Under the pieces are notes generated by a model. It was not told the DNA's origin and did no database searches. It saw nothing but the letters and a program-made list of their open reading frames with translations. From NCBI GenBank assembly GCA_025594325.1, contig JANHCV010000001.1, forward strand, positions 2,232,001-2,296,000: DNA of 64,000 nt, read 5' to 3'. Both the position numbers and the translations under genes were made by a program. Positions 1 to 10,635 of the stretch are shown here, piece after piece. The stretch comes from Blastocladiella emersonii ATCC 22665 (taxonomy: Eukaryota > Fungi > Blastocladiomycota). Each line of letters begins with the position of its first letter. Position 1 is the stretch's first letter.

Positions 1-1386
1 CCTGGAGCGAGGCGAGGGTGGCGGCGACCGAGTCCTCGGTGTGGACGCAGGCCGTGGCGATGGTGGCGGCGGCGCCGCCCTCGGACGACGAGTCGCCGTT
101 GGCGGCGGCGGCCGTGGCGCTGACCTTGGCGAGGGTCGAGCGGCACTCGCCGAGCTCGGCCGAGTGCTTGGCGGTGAGCACGGCGACCTGGGCCTCGTGC
201 GCCTGGGCGAGCTCCTCGCACGCGTGCAGGTGCTGCGTCGCGAGCGTCTGCTTGAGCTCCTCCATCTCGCGTGCGTGCTCGAGGCGGACGGCCTCGAGGT
301 CGACGGTCACGACGCTGACGACGGTGCCGGTCTCGGAGACCTGGCTGGTCGAGTTGTCGTGCTCGCTGGCCGCGGCCGTGGCCGGGCGCGACGCGTCCTC
401 GTGCTCCTCGCCCGAAACCGAGTTGGCGGCCGAGGCGGAGATGAGCTTCTCCTTGAGATCGTGGTTCTGGATGGTGGTTGCAGAGAGTGCATGGTCGTTA
501 GTAAGTTGTCGGGGATTCGACGTAAGGGAGGGAAGAGGTCCAGATCTGGCGACTGCCGACGCGCCGGCGAGACGCGTCGCCTCAGCTGAGCGGGCCGAAC
601 GGGTGGCGCGGACAAGCGGGAACCCGAGATCAGGGCGATCATCAAGCCTCAGCCCACGTTGCGAGCCAGCGCTTGTTCGCCGCCGCTGCTGCGGAACGCC
701 ACCCAAACCGACCGATCGCGCAACAACGCGACGCGACGGCGCGAGGGACGAGAGGAGTAGGACGAAAGAAGACGACGTACCTCCGTCTGCAGGAGCTGGA
801 GCTGGAGCTTGAGCGACTCCATCTGCTCGAGCAGGTGCTTCTCGGCCTCACGCTTCTCGGCGACCGACGAGGTCACCTTACGCGTGGTGGTAGTCGAGCC
901 GGCACCGGGGGCCGACGAGACCTTGCGCGCGGTCAGCGTCGACGAGCTGGTAGCGCCCGGGATGCGGCGGATCGACGAGGCGGCCGTCGTGGTGGTCGAC
1001 GAGGCGACCGAGCCCGAGGTCGGCTTCTTGGCGAGGCGCGACGCCGACGTGGTGGTCGGGCGGGCGTACGACGGCACGGCCGAGGACGACGACGAGGTCG
1101 TGGTGGTGCGCGTCTTGGCGGGACTCGAGGCGGCCGAGGTGGCGGCCGAGTGCGGCGCCGAAGACGACGTGCGGCGCGCGGCAGCCGACGACGCCGAGGA
1201 CGACGACGACGAGCTGGCGGTGGCGGCGGCCGAGTGGGCGCCTGCGCCCTCCTTGGAGGCGGCCACCGACGTGCGGCGGGCCGACGACGAGCTGGCGGCC
1301 GAGTGGGCGGCAGAGGCGCCCGAGGCGGCGGCCGAGCCCGAGGAAGCCGTCAGGCCGGTCTTGACACGGGGACCGGACGACGACAT
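1..1386 (-). CDS. Hypothetical protein, Ser/Thr-rich N-terminus followed by coiled coil (3' truncated by window edge)
   Basis: ATG at 1386 (MSSSGPRVKTG...). High-GC3 codons down to a GTACGT donor at 780. Coding resumes after a CTAAC branch/CAG acceptor near 465 (NHDLKEKLISAS..., E/L-rich heptads). An intermediate exon cannot be excluded. Confidence 0.55.
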
Positions 1387-3221
1387 GGTGTTGGTGGTGT
1401 TGGTGGTGATAATGACCTTGGTAGAAGGAGTGGAGTAGACTGGGCGGGTGCAAGGCTGCAAATCTTACACGGGGCCAGGTAGGAGGGGAGAAGGTGGAGA
1501 CTAAAGAGTACAGAGAGCTCGGCGAGCAGGGTAATACAGGAGAGACGAGAGGGGGAGGGCGGAGGGGGGATGTTCTACGGTTTTCGTTGAGGACGAAGGA
1601 GGGGAGATGGGTAACTGGTGCTGCTGACGGCGCGAATCAGCAGGCAAAGCCAACAGTGTAGGGGAGACGACGAGACAGATGAGAGGACGAGGGGGGGAGG
1701 GCGGGAGGGGGGTTGCACGGGTGCAGGGGGGTGTTGCTGGGTTGGTAGGCTTGGGTTGCGTGTATAGCTAGCGATGCGCAAAGGAGCAGGAGAGCGGGGG
1801 CCGCTCGCGGGGGGCGCTGGCGCTTTGTAGAGGTCGGGCGGTGGCGAGGCCCAACTCGGGCGGCTGCGTGTGGCTCGGCCGCAACCCTTCATCTCATGCG
1901 AGAGGTGCAAGGCGTGCCCGCGGAAATGGCCTTGTTGACGCATTTACCCTGCCCAGCTGCCATAAATAAGATCCCTCGCGCGCCAGACTCGCGGCCCAAG
2001 CGAGCAACCGGCTGTGAGGATCCATCATCAACATCCAACGTGGTGAGCGAGGGCGAGACGAGCGGGCCGCGGTGGTGGAGGTGGTGGTGCCGCGGCCACG
2101 GCCGCAGCGCGTCGCGATCACCGCCGGCATCAACGAGCGTTGTCGCCACCGCCGCGCGACGCGTCGGAGCTCAGGTGGGCGTGGGCAGCCGGCGGCGCGG
2201 GCGGGGACGCAGCGGTGGGGGGCGCCACGATCTGGCCGCGGAGGCGAGGGCTTGCCGGGAGCTCAAGAACTGCGCCCTGACTCGCAGCTCGCGATCTGCT
2301 AGCGGTGATGGCGCAGCTGCTCGCTGCAACCATCTCTCACCATGGCCAGCATGCGACGCTTCACGATCTTCTCTACCCGTTGGGCCTGCTCGTGCGCCCG
2401 CGCCGCGCGAAGCTGCACCACGGCCATCATCCACCGTGGCCGGCCACACACACTCCCGCCTCATCCTCATCGTGCTCGCGATCTTCACCATGGCCACCAC
2501 GGCCACGATGGCCGTCGACCCTGCTCGCGTCGTGGGCTGCGGTAAATGTCTCGCATTGTGGCGTAGCGCTAAATGAAGCAGATTTGCTCGCTGTCTCGAG
2601 GCACAAGCCACTCGCCGCCCGCCTATTCTTGGCCTCCTTGATGTACGCGTCGTCTCGCGCGTCCGTGCACCTCGCGCGACTCGGAAGCCGAGGTCGCTGG
2701 CCACACTCTTCCGCGACGTTCTCCCGGCCACGGCGGTTGATGGCCACCGGCAGCAATACCGAGCTCACCTCACGCCAGTGGCAATGGGACAGCTGGACGC
2801 GACCAAGATCGTCCTGGAACCTGCGCGGCGAGAGTCTCTGGTGAGGCTCACTTCGTGGCGATCAACAACGAGGTCACAGATTCGGACGACGAGCACCGCG
2901 TTTAACGCGAGGGTGGTGGCGGAGCGCTGGGTGCGTCGCGTGGCTCAGCTCCAGCCCCTGCATGAACGAAATGCGCGTTAAGGTTTGCCTCTGCGCAGCG
3001 GCGGCTGATGATGCCACTCGAGAAAATGCTCAGCCGATCGCTGCTCGCGGCTCAACCTCGGCCGCTGCTGCGGTTTTGCGCACGTTTCGGATCACGCCCG
3101 TGGCGCATCGCGTCGCTGCGCATCAGCCTCGCCATCAGGCTCTCACACTCGTTCCGACCTCACGGGTACCGAGGACGTCATGGCAGTTGCTGGGAGCAGT
3201 CCCTTGGAAGCGGGACACGAG

Positions 3222-3245
3222 TGTAGATGTAGATGTAGATGTAGA
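3222..3245 (+). repeat. (TGTAGA)4 microsatellite; short (GATA)n follows at ~3260-3272
   Basis: Read directly from the sequence. Confidence 0.9.
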
Positions 3246-3319
3246 GCGAAAGAAGACAGAGATAGATAGATAAAGATTCTGCCCGTGCATCACAACAAAT
3301 CAAACAACAAAATTGGAGG

Positions 3320-3553
3320 TTAAGTGCACCGGCCGACAATGCGGCCGAACGAGGGTCACCCGGCCCAGCAGGGCAAGGGCACCTCGCAGCTGGGCTCGCT
3401 GCTACTATGCGAGCCACCGCCCCGCCGCTGACTCCTAAGCACAGCGCGTGCTCGTGGTCTTGACAAAGGAAGCACGGACGTGCGGACACGATGCGTGTCA
3501 CACGCTCCGACCCAGCTGGTGGACGGCGAGGGAAGGAGGAAGGACAGCTTGGA
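3320..3553 (-). ncRNA. Candidate Fanzor omegaRNA scaffold
   Basis: Lies immediately 3' of the Fanzor stop. Contains hairpins GGCTCGC-9nt-GCGAGCC (3393-3415) and CGGCCG-6nt-CGGCCG (3330-3347). Ends at TTAA (3320-3323), where the sequence turns T-rich. Position matches known TnpB/Fanzor omegaRNAs; expression not shown. Confidence 0.45.
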
Positions 3554-5994
3554 CTACTCGACCGTGGGCGTGGTGCGGCGCTTGCGGTGGTAGCGGTGCT
3601 TGGGGCGGGCGGCGGGCAGCGGGTTGCCGTCCGCGTCCTTGGCCTGGTCCTCGAAGACGAGCTGCTTGATGGCAAACGAGAGGATGTTGACGGCCGCGTT
3701 GCGGTCGCGCTGGACGCGGACGCCGCAGCGACGGCACGCGCGCGTCTGGTACACCTTCTTGTTGGTCTTGCCGAGCAGGTTGGTCTTGTCGGCCTTGGCG
3801 GCGGCGGGTTCGGCCATAGCGCACGCGGCGCACCACTTGCTCGAGTAGTTCTCGTCGACGGCGTACACGGTGACCATCTCGACCACAGGGCCCTTGTTGG
3901 CCGCCGAGATCATGCCGAAGCCCGAGCAGTTGCGGCCAATGAGCACGACGTGGCCGCGCAGCGCGCGGGCGAGGTCGGCCCAGTACGCCTTGCGGCGGCC
4001 CTCGTTGGTGAACTTGGTGCTGCACACGCCGTGGCTGCAGCTCTCCTCGACCTTGGCCTCCATGTACTCGGTGGCGACACGAGCGACCGCGCGGTGGTCG
4101 CCGGCAACGCACGAGTGCGCTGCATCGCCTGGTACGAGGCCCGCCTTGGCGCGCGACGCCTTGCGCTGCTCGCGGGCCTGGTCGGTGCCGACGTGGTGGT
4201 GGAACTCGCGACTCGACAGCGACCGGAACAGCGGCCGAGTCAGGACGACGCGCGAGACCGCCGACCGAATGTACGCCTTGATCACCTCGGACCACGGGCC
4301 GTCGCCACCCTGCGCCGCCAAGTACGCGAGGTACTGGAGCCGCCGGAACAGGCGCGCGAGCTCGAACGGCACGACGAAGCCGGTGAGAAAGTCGCGCACG
4401 CCGGCGTCAATGACAAACATGCACTGGCCGTAGCGGACGACAATCTTCTTCTTGTGCGACTCGACCTTGTCGCGACCGCCGGGGATCGGGACCTGGACCG
4501 AGCCATGGGGCGCGAGCTTGTCGGCCTCGGCGAGCACCTGGTCGAGCGTGAGGCTGCCTGCGCCGTCGACCGAGACGCCCGCGAACGGCTTGTGGAACTT
4601 GCCCGTGAAGCGACGCCCTTGACGCCCGCCCGTCGTGGCCGTGGTGGTGGTCTTGGTCCCGGCCTTCTTCTTGCCGGCAGCCTTCTTGACCGTGTTGCCG
4701 CCGGCGCCCTCCTCATCCTCCTCCTCGTCACCGCCGTCGCCGACCGTGTCCGCCCTTGGCCGGATGCCGCCTTTGTACAGGTACACGCGGACGACATGGC
4801 CGTCGGTCGAGATGCGGCCCTGGAACTGGTTGATGAGCGAGCCGCCGGGGCCGTCGCGCCGCAGGATGCGCGGGTCGAGGAAGCCGTCGTACAGGTCGAG
4901 CAGCGCCGTCCAGTAGGCGAGGTCGGAGCGGGCGCGCTCGAGGTCGGACGAACCCTTGGGCGCGACAGGTACGCCGTTGATCCTCCTGGCGAGCGTCTGG
5001 CCGTTGGAGTTGATGACCTCGGCACCGAGCACGTCGGACAGCCCCTCGAGGTCGAATGAGAAGAAGCGGTGCGACAGGTCGAGTTGAGGAACAGGACGAG
5101 GTGGATGGCGGGCGCGCCAGGTAGCCGGCTTGGAAATCGGCCTCGGCGTACTTCTTGAGGAGCGACAGGACCAGGGCGTGGCCCGACTTCTTGACGGCCG
5201 TCGCGTACTCGCGCGATGATCTGCTGCGTCAGCGTGACGGCCGGGTCGTCGAGGCACAGTGCCAGGTAGTGCGGGATCAGTAGCTTGACCTCGTTCGTCA
5301 GCCACGTCATGCGCTTGACGGCGCACTGGATCTTGCGCACGGCCTGGGCGCGGACGTGAGGAACAAAGAAGCTGCCCAGTCGGCGCGAGAAGGTGACGAA
5401 GCGGCCCGTGCCCGAGCAGCCGTACTTGGCGGGGTCGGGACCGATGACGGTCGGCCGTGGTGGTGGTGGTGGTCGACCTTGCCGACGAGGTGGTGGTGGT
5501 GGTGGCGGTGGGGATGACGAGGCCGAGGATGACGAGGGTGGAGGTGAAGGTGAAGGTGAAGCGCGTCGTGGTCGCTTCCTCGGTGGTGCGGCGAGAGGAG
5601 CACGGCGGGGGACCTTGGGGTCGTGGTCGACGACGTCGTCGGGCTCGGGGCTCGGGTCGAGCGGGGCCTCATGGCGGCCGACCGAGCTTGGCCTTGGTGG
5701 GCCGAAGGCGCCGACGACAGCAGGACGCGCGGCCGAGCGAGCACGAGGGCGACGGGTAGGCGAGCGACCGCGCGGCGCGCCGTCGGACCCGGACGCGGGT
5801 GCGGCAGCGCAACGGCCACGAGTACCACCACCGCCAACCTGGCCCGCCGACGTGGGCGGCGATGAGTCGGACGAGGAAGATGGCGACGAGTCGGTCGAGG
5901 AGGACGGCGACCTGGTGTACGTCTCCATCAGGGACTCGACCAGCCGGTCGATGTGGAACCCGTCGAGCGAGAGCCACGTCTGCTTGATGAACCG
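3554..5994 (-). CDS. Fanzor1-like RuvC RNA-guided endonuclease (TnpB/Cas12-related); probably spliced, may extend to an upstream exon at 6388-6107
   Basis: Motifs in order: helical IQCAVKRMTWLTNEVKLLIPHYLALCL; PVPQLDLSHRFFSFD; ISTDG; RuvC-I VIDAGVRDFLTG (D 4406-4408); VVLIG; RuvC-II VDENYSSKWC (E 3851-3853); CxxC...CxxC zinc finger; RuvC-III RDRNAAVNI (D 3704-3706). A frame break at 5208-5129 can be bridged by an 80-nt GT..AG intron. Confidence 0.85.
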
Positions 5995-6845
5995 CTACGG
6001 GCGGGCGCGAGATGGGCGGGGTCAGTTCCTGCGTCGCTATACGTGGCGGAGACGAGATGAGGAGGATAGTACCTTTCGTCGTGGTTGTCGCTTGCCAAGG
6101 GCTCACGTCGAGCAACAGCCAGACGCAGCTTTTGGTACGTTGCGCAAGCTCTCTCCGTCGTCGTCCAACTTGACCAAGTTTCGGGTACAACCGCGAGCGA
6201 CGCGACCTCGGCCGGCGCGTCACGGCCATGACGCGACGGTTCGGCCTCCTCCACGTCTTCTTTACCTCGACGCCGAACCTGAACGAATCACTGGCGCTCA
6301 ACATCTGGTGCGGCGGCGACCCAGAAGACCTCGTGGCGTGTCCTGCACACGGGGGCGACCAGCAGTACCGCCACGCGGGAGCGCGCATGATCGCCGCCGC
6401 CGCGTTCAAACTGTCGCCCGAGAAGCTGCCAGCCGCGATCGACCTTCACTAAGGTTTATGGCCGTCGCCGTCCGCGCCTCCATCCCCATAGTCGCGCTCG
6501 AGTCGCGCAAACTGCCAAAGCCGGGCGACGTGTCGGTTCCTCAAGTAGCTGATCCGCGACGGAGATCAAGATGCGTCCTCCAAAGTCACGCGCGACTCCC
6601 TGCAGCTCATTAAGCAGTCATGCGTTGGTAAGAAGCGCGTGAAGCGAGGGGCCGAGCTGCTCGCGTCGGGGTCGCGAGGGTCACCTGCGACTGACCCCAC
6701 GTGTGGACGACGATCGCGCGCGGGCGGCGATCCGGCGAGCGAGTCACCACCACCCGCTCCCGCCTTCGCCGCCGCTCCCTCTTGCAAGCACGATTATCTC
6801 TCCGTGCAACGTCACCCACTCCACGTAACTCAACGCATCGACACC

Positions 6846-8153
6846 ATGAGCACCATTGGCGCCTCGCTTGCGCAGATCGCGTCGCCGGCGGTCAAGGACA
6901 AGGCGGCGGCGTACCGCGAGCTGACTGCGACGGTGTTTGCCGGCGTGGGCACGAACCCGGCCGCCTTCCTCGCGAACCTCAACGACCTCCTGGCGGCGCT
7001 GCTGCTCGAGTCGACGGGTCTCGTCGTGGCGCGCCCCGCGGTCGCCGACATCATGGAGCGCGCGACGGGGCTGCCCGTCACGGTGCCCGAGGAGACGCGC
7101 CACGGCGTGTTTACGGCGCTGATTGCGCACCTGGAGCCGCGCGCCGTGTCGTTCGAGGAGCAGGTCTCGGTCGCCCGCGAGAAGCTTGCCGAGATCCAGG
7201 AGGCCAACGAGGACTGGTCCGACGCCGCGCGCACGCTCATGGGGATCAAGCTCGAGTCGGGCCACCGGTACGCGCGCTTGGCGTGGTTGCATTGCCCCCG
7301 AACCCGCGACTGACCTCGCACCCGTGTACCCCGCCGCCGTAGCGTCGTGAGCGACGAGTACAAGCTCAAGATCTACCTGCACATTGTGCGCCTGCTGCTC
7401 GAGGACGACGACACGGTGACGGCCGACACGATGCTGAAGCGCGCGGGCACGCTGATTGGGCCCGAGCACGACCCGGTGCTGCAGCTGACGTACAAGATGT
7501 GCCACGCGCGGATCCTCGACTCGCAGCGGCGGTTTATCGAGGCGTGCGCCAAGTACGTCGAGCTGTCGTACGCGGCGCAGATCCACCCGGACGAGAAGAA
7601 CCAGCTGCTCGAGAAGGCCGTGACGTGCGCGGTGCTCGCGGGCGCCGGTCCGCAGCGCAGTCGCATGCTCGCGTCGCTGTACAAGGACGAGCGCGTGCAG
7701 AAGCTGCCGCACGTGTACTGGAGCGTGCTGGAGAAGATGCACCTGGGCCGCATCCTGCGCATCCACGAGGTGACCGATTTCGTCAAGCTGCTGAGCGGGC
7801 ACCACCTCGCCAAGCTCGCCGACGGCGCCACGGTGCTCGACCGCGCCGTGATCCAGCACAACCTGCTGTCGGCGAGTCTCATCTACGCCAACATCTCGTT
7901 TGCCGAGCTCGGCCGCCTGCTCGGCATCACGGCGGCCGAGGCCGAGCGCACCGCGGCGCGCATGATCGGCGAGCTGCGCCTGCAGGGCCGCGTCGACCAG
8001 ATTGACCAGGTCGTCTACTTCCAGACGTCGGGCGTCATGGCGTCGTGGGACGCGCGCGTCGCCGCCATGTGCACGCGCATCGACGACCTCGCGGGCGCCC
8101 TCACGGCGCAGGCCGCGGTGACCAGCGACGAGGCGCCCATGCAGCTCGCCTAG
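6846..8153 (+). CDS. CSN4: COP9 signalosome subunit 4 (PCI domain)
   Basis: [83 protein letters not shown]. Intron 7268-7342 keeps the frame. Confidence 0.93.
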
Positions 8154-8241
8154 GCGTGTGTGTGCTGTTCTGTGTCGCGTCGATATGGATGAATAAAGAG
8201 TTTGTATGTACAGATACCGGCCCCGGACCTCGAACACGGCG

Positions 8242-8823
8242 TCAGTTGACCCAGCTCAGCTCGACAATCTCGCGCACGCGCTTGTGGTACTCGTTGATGT
8301 TGTCGCGGAAGAGCTGGGCGGCCTCGACGTTTGCTGGCGAGCTCGGGTTCGGGTCGTGCAGCAGCGACTGGATGGACGTGAGGATGGCTAGTGACGGAGA
8401 GTTAGGGGGCGCGACAACGAGAGAGCGTCAGAAGTGAGCAACGCACCAGCAACGTCGAAGGTGGGCGACCAGCGGTTCTGCAGAATGTCGAGGCACAGGT
8501 CGCCGTTGGCGTACACGTTCGGGTGGAACATCTTGGACACGAACTTGACCTTGGGCGGCTTGTTCGGGTACGTCTCGTCAAACTCCATGACCAGCTTGAA
8601 GGTGCCGTCCTCGAACGGCGTCTCGGGCGGGCCGAAGATGACCGCGTTCCACGTCATGATGTTGTCCGGGTTGGGCGCGCCCGAGACGCCCGCGGGCGGG
8701 TCGTTCTGCAGGCGCTTGAAGTCGCTACAGGGAGGGACCGGGTGGCGGGTGAGGTTTGGGCCTGGCGGGAGCGTCGCTGCGAGGAATTTACCGCATGAGA
8801 CGGCGGCGAGTAGGGGTCGACAT
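8242..8823 (-). CDS. UBC2: E2 ubiquitin-conjugating enzyme Rad6
   Basis: [28 protein letters not shown]...[23 protein letters not shown]. Introns 8725-8791 and 8388-8446. Confidence 0.97.
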
Positions 8824-9066
8824 GGTGTTGCTTGAGCGGAATCGGTCTGTTGCAGCAAGTTACGTTGCAGATTTGGCGTTGTACGATGGAGAGCCAGGGG
8901 AGGGGAAGCTCGAAGGCGCAAGTCGAGCGGCGCAGCCAACGCCCATGTGATGAGTCGAATCACGCGGGGACGCGCCGATCGCGTCGACCACGCGTGCGCG
9001 TTTCGGCTTCCTCTCCTCGCGCCCTGCCCCCTCCGTTCCCGCAACCCACCGACATGCAGCGCCACC

Positions 9067-10525
9067 ATGGACTCGAGCGTCTCGCTCCGATGCAACTTGC
9101 TCGTGTGCCGCCGGCCCATCTCGGCCCTGACCCAGGCCCAGGCCATCATCACGTCGTGCTCGCGTGCGTGCGATCCCTCGCCGAGTGCGCGCGCTCGTGT
9201 CGCTCACGCCGGCGACGACCGGTAGACCTCTTTTGTGAGGAGTGCGCGACGGCGGCCTTCTCGACCAACCTCATCTGCCCCGCGTGCGAGACGCCGCTGC
9301 CCGATCCGTACGCGTCCATCGGTAGCCTCCCTGTCGACGGAACTGACCCGGTGGAGCGAGTAGAGACGACATTGCGCTCATGGTCCTCAATCCGACCGAA
9401 AAGTACAAGTCGGTGCGCCTCCCCTCGCCCGCTGCTCGCCCGTGATGGCCATTGTGATCTGACACTCGCAGCCCGGCACTTTGCGCAGGCCGTCCTCGCC
9501 GGCCTCCCACCCGAGACCATTCACGACATCTCGGGCCGCGCGCTCGACTTCTGGGTGTACCAGATCACGCAGGAGTGTACGCTGCTCGAGATGATGCGCA
9601 CCGAGGCGTCCGAGTCGGCGCAGGCCGCCGAGGACCGCGCCAAGCTCACGGCGCAGACGGCCGAGGACGAGATCCAGGGTCTGCTTCATACTGCTCGCCG
9701 CTCCCCTCACCCACGAAAGACTGACGCCGTGCTGTAGTCATGCGCGAGCGCATCCGCGTGCTCGAGCTGGAGCGCGAGCAGGAGAAGCAGAAGAGCGCCG
9801 ACCTCGTCAAGCAGTGCGCCGAGCGGTCGCACCAGCTCGCGCAGCTCCAGCAGCAGCTCGACCGGCAGCGCCGCCGCGGCATCGTGCCGCCGCCAACGAG
9901 CGCGGGGCCGGCCATGGTCGCGCAGCAGCAGCAGCAGCACCAGTTCGCGGCGTACCCTCGACAGCCGCCGCCTCCCCCACCACCACAGCAGCAGCAGCGC
10001 CGTTCGGTAACGTACCCGTCGCCGCCGGCCCTTGGGCAGCACCCTCACCCGCAACAGCGTCCGCCGACGGCGTCGCAGCACTCGGGCTCCCGGCACTCGC
10101 TCAGCTACCCACCGCCGCCGCAAGCGCCGCGGGGAGGCCACGGATACTCGCCGTACCCGCAGCCGATGGCGGGGGCGACGCAGGGCCGGTCGCGGTCGCA
10201 CCCGCAGGCCCCGCCCGAGTCGCGCCAGCAGCAGCGGCCGTCGGGCCACTGGCCGTCGCCGCCCACGGGCGCATCGTCACAGCAGCAGCAACAGTTCCGC
10301 TCCACAACCACGGGTCGCAACAGCGGGGGCGGTGGTGGCGGCGGCGGCGCGCAGAGCGGAGGGAGCCACTGGACGAGCCGCGTCGGGCATCCCATGGGCG
10401 GCGGCAGTGGTGGTGGCGGTGCAGACCCATCGGCGCGGCGGACGGCGAGCGTGTCGTCGACGGGGATGAGCGGCGACGGCGGCGGCGGGGGCGGGCGAGG
10501 CGATGGTGCGTGGTTCCAGCGCTGA
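9067..10525 (+). CDS. HEI10: HEI10/CCNB1IP1-like meiotic RING E3 ligase with coiled coil and Q/P-rich tail
   Basis: Spliced N-terminus [12 protein letters not shown]...TSCSHLFCEEC...CPACET, then [24 protein letters not shown], typical of HEI10. Several short introns; last exon ORF 9740-10525. Confidence 0.85.
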
Positions 10526-10635
10526 ACGGGACGAGTGTTGGACTGTACTATAGTCATTTGATTTTGGACCGGCGTGGGGAGGGACAATACTAGCGAAGGA
10601 AATGAACAAAACGGAGAGCGAGATAGTCTACATCA

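Noticed and set aside
3491-5059. 522-aa plus-strand ORF
   Set aside because: Antisense shadow of the Fanzor ORF; high GC3 on the minus strand suppresses stops on the plus strand. No motifs.
3320-6613. piggyBac-type element suggested by flanking TTAA
   Set aside because: No terminal inverted repeats inside the TTAA sites and no piggyBac transposase; kept only as a weak TSD hypothesis.
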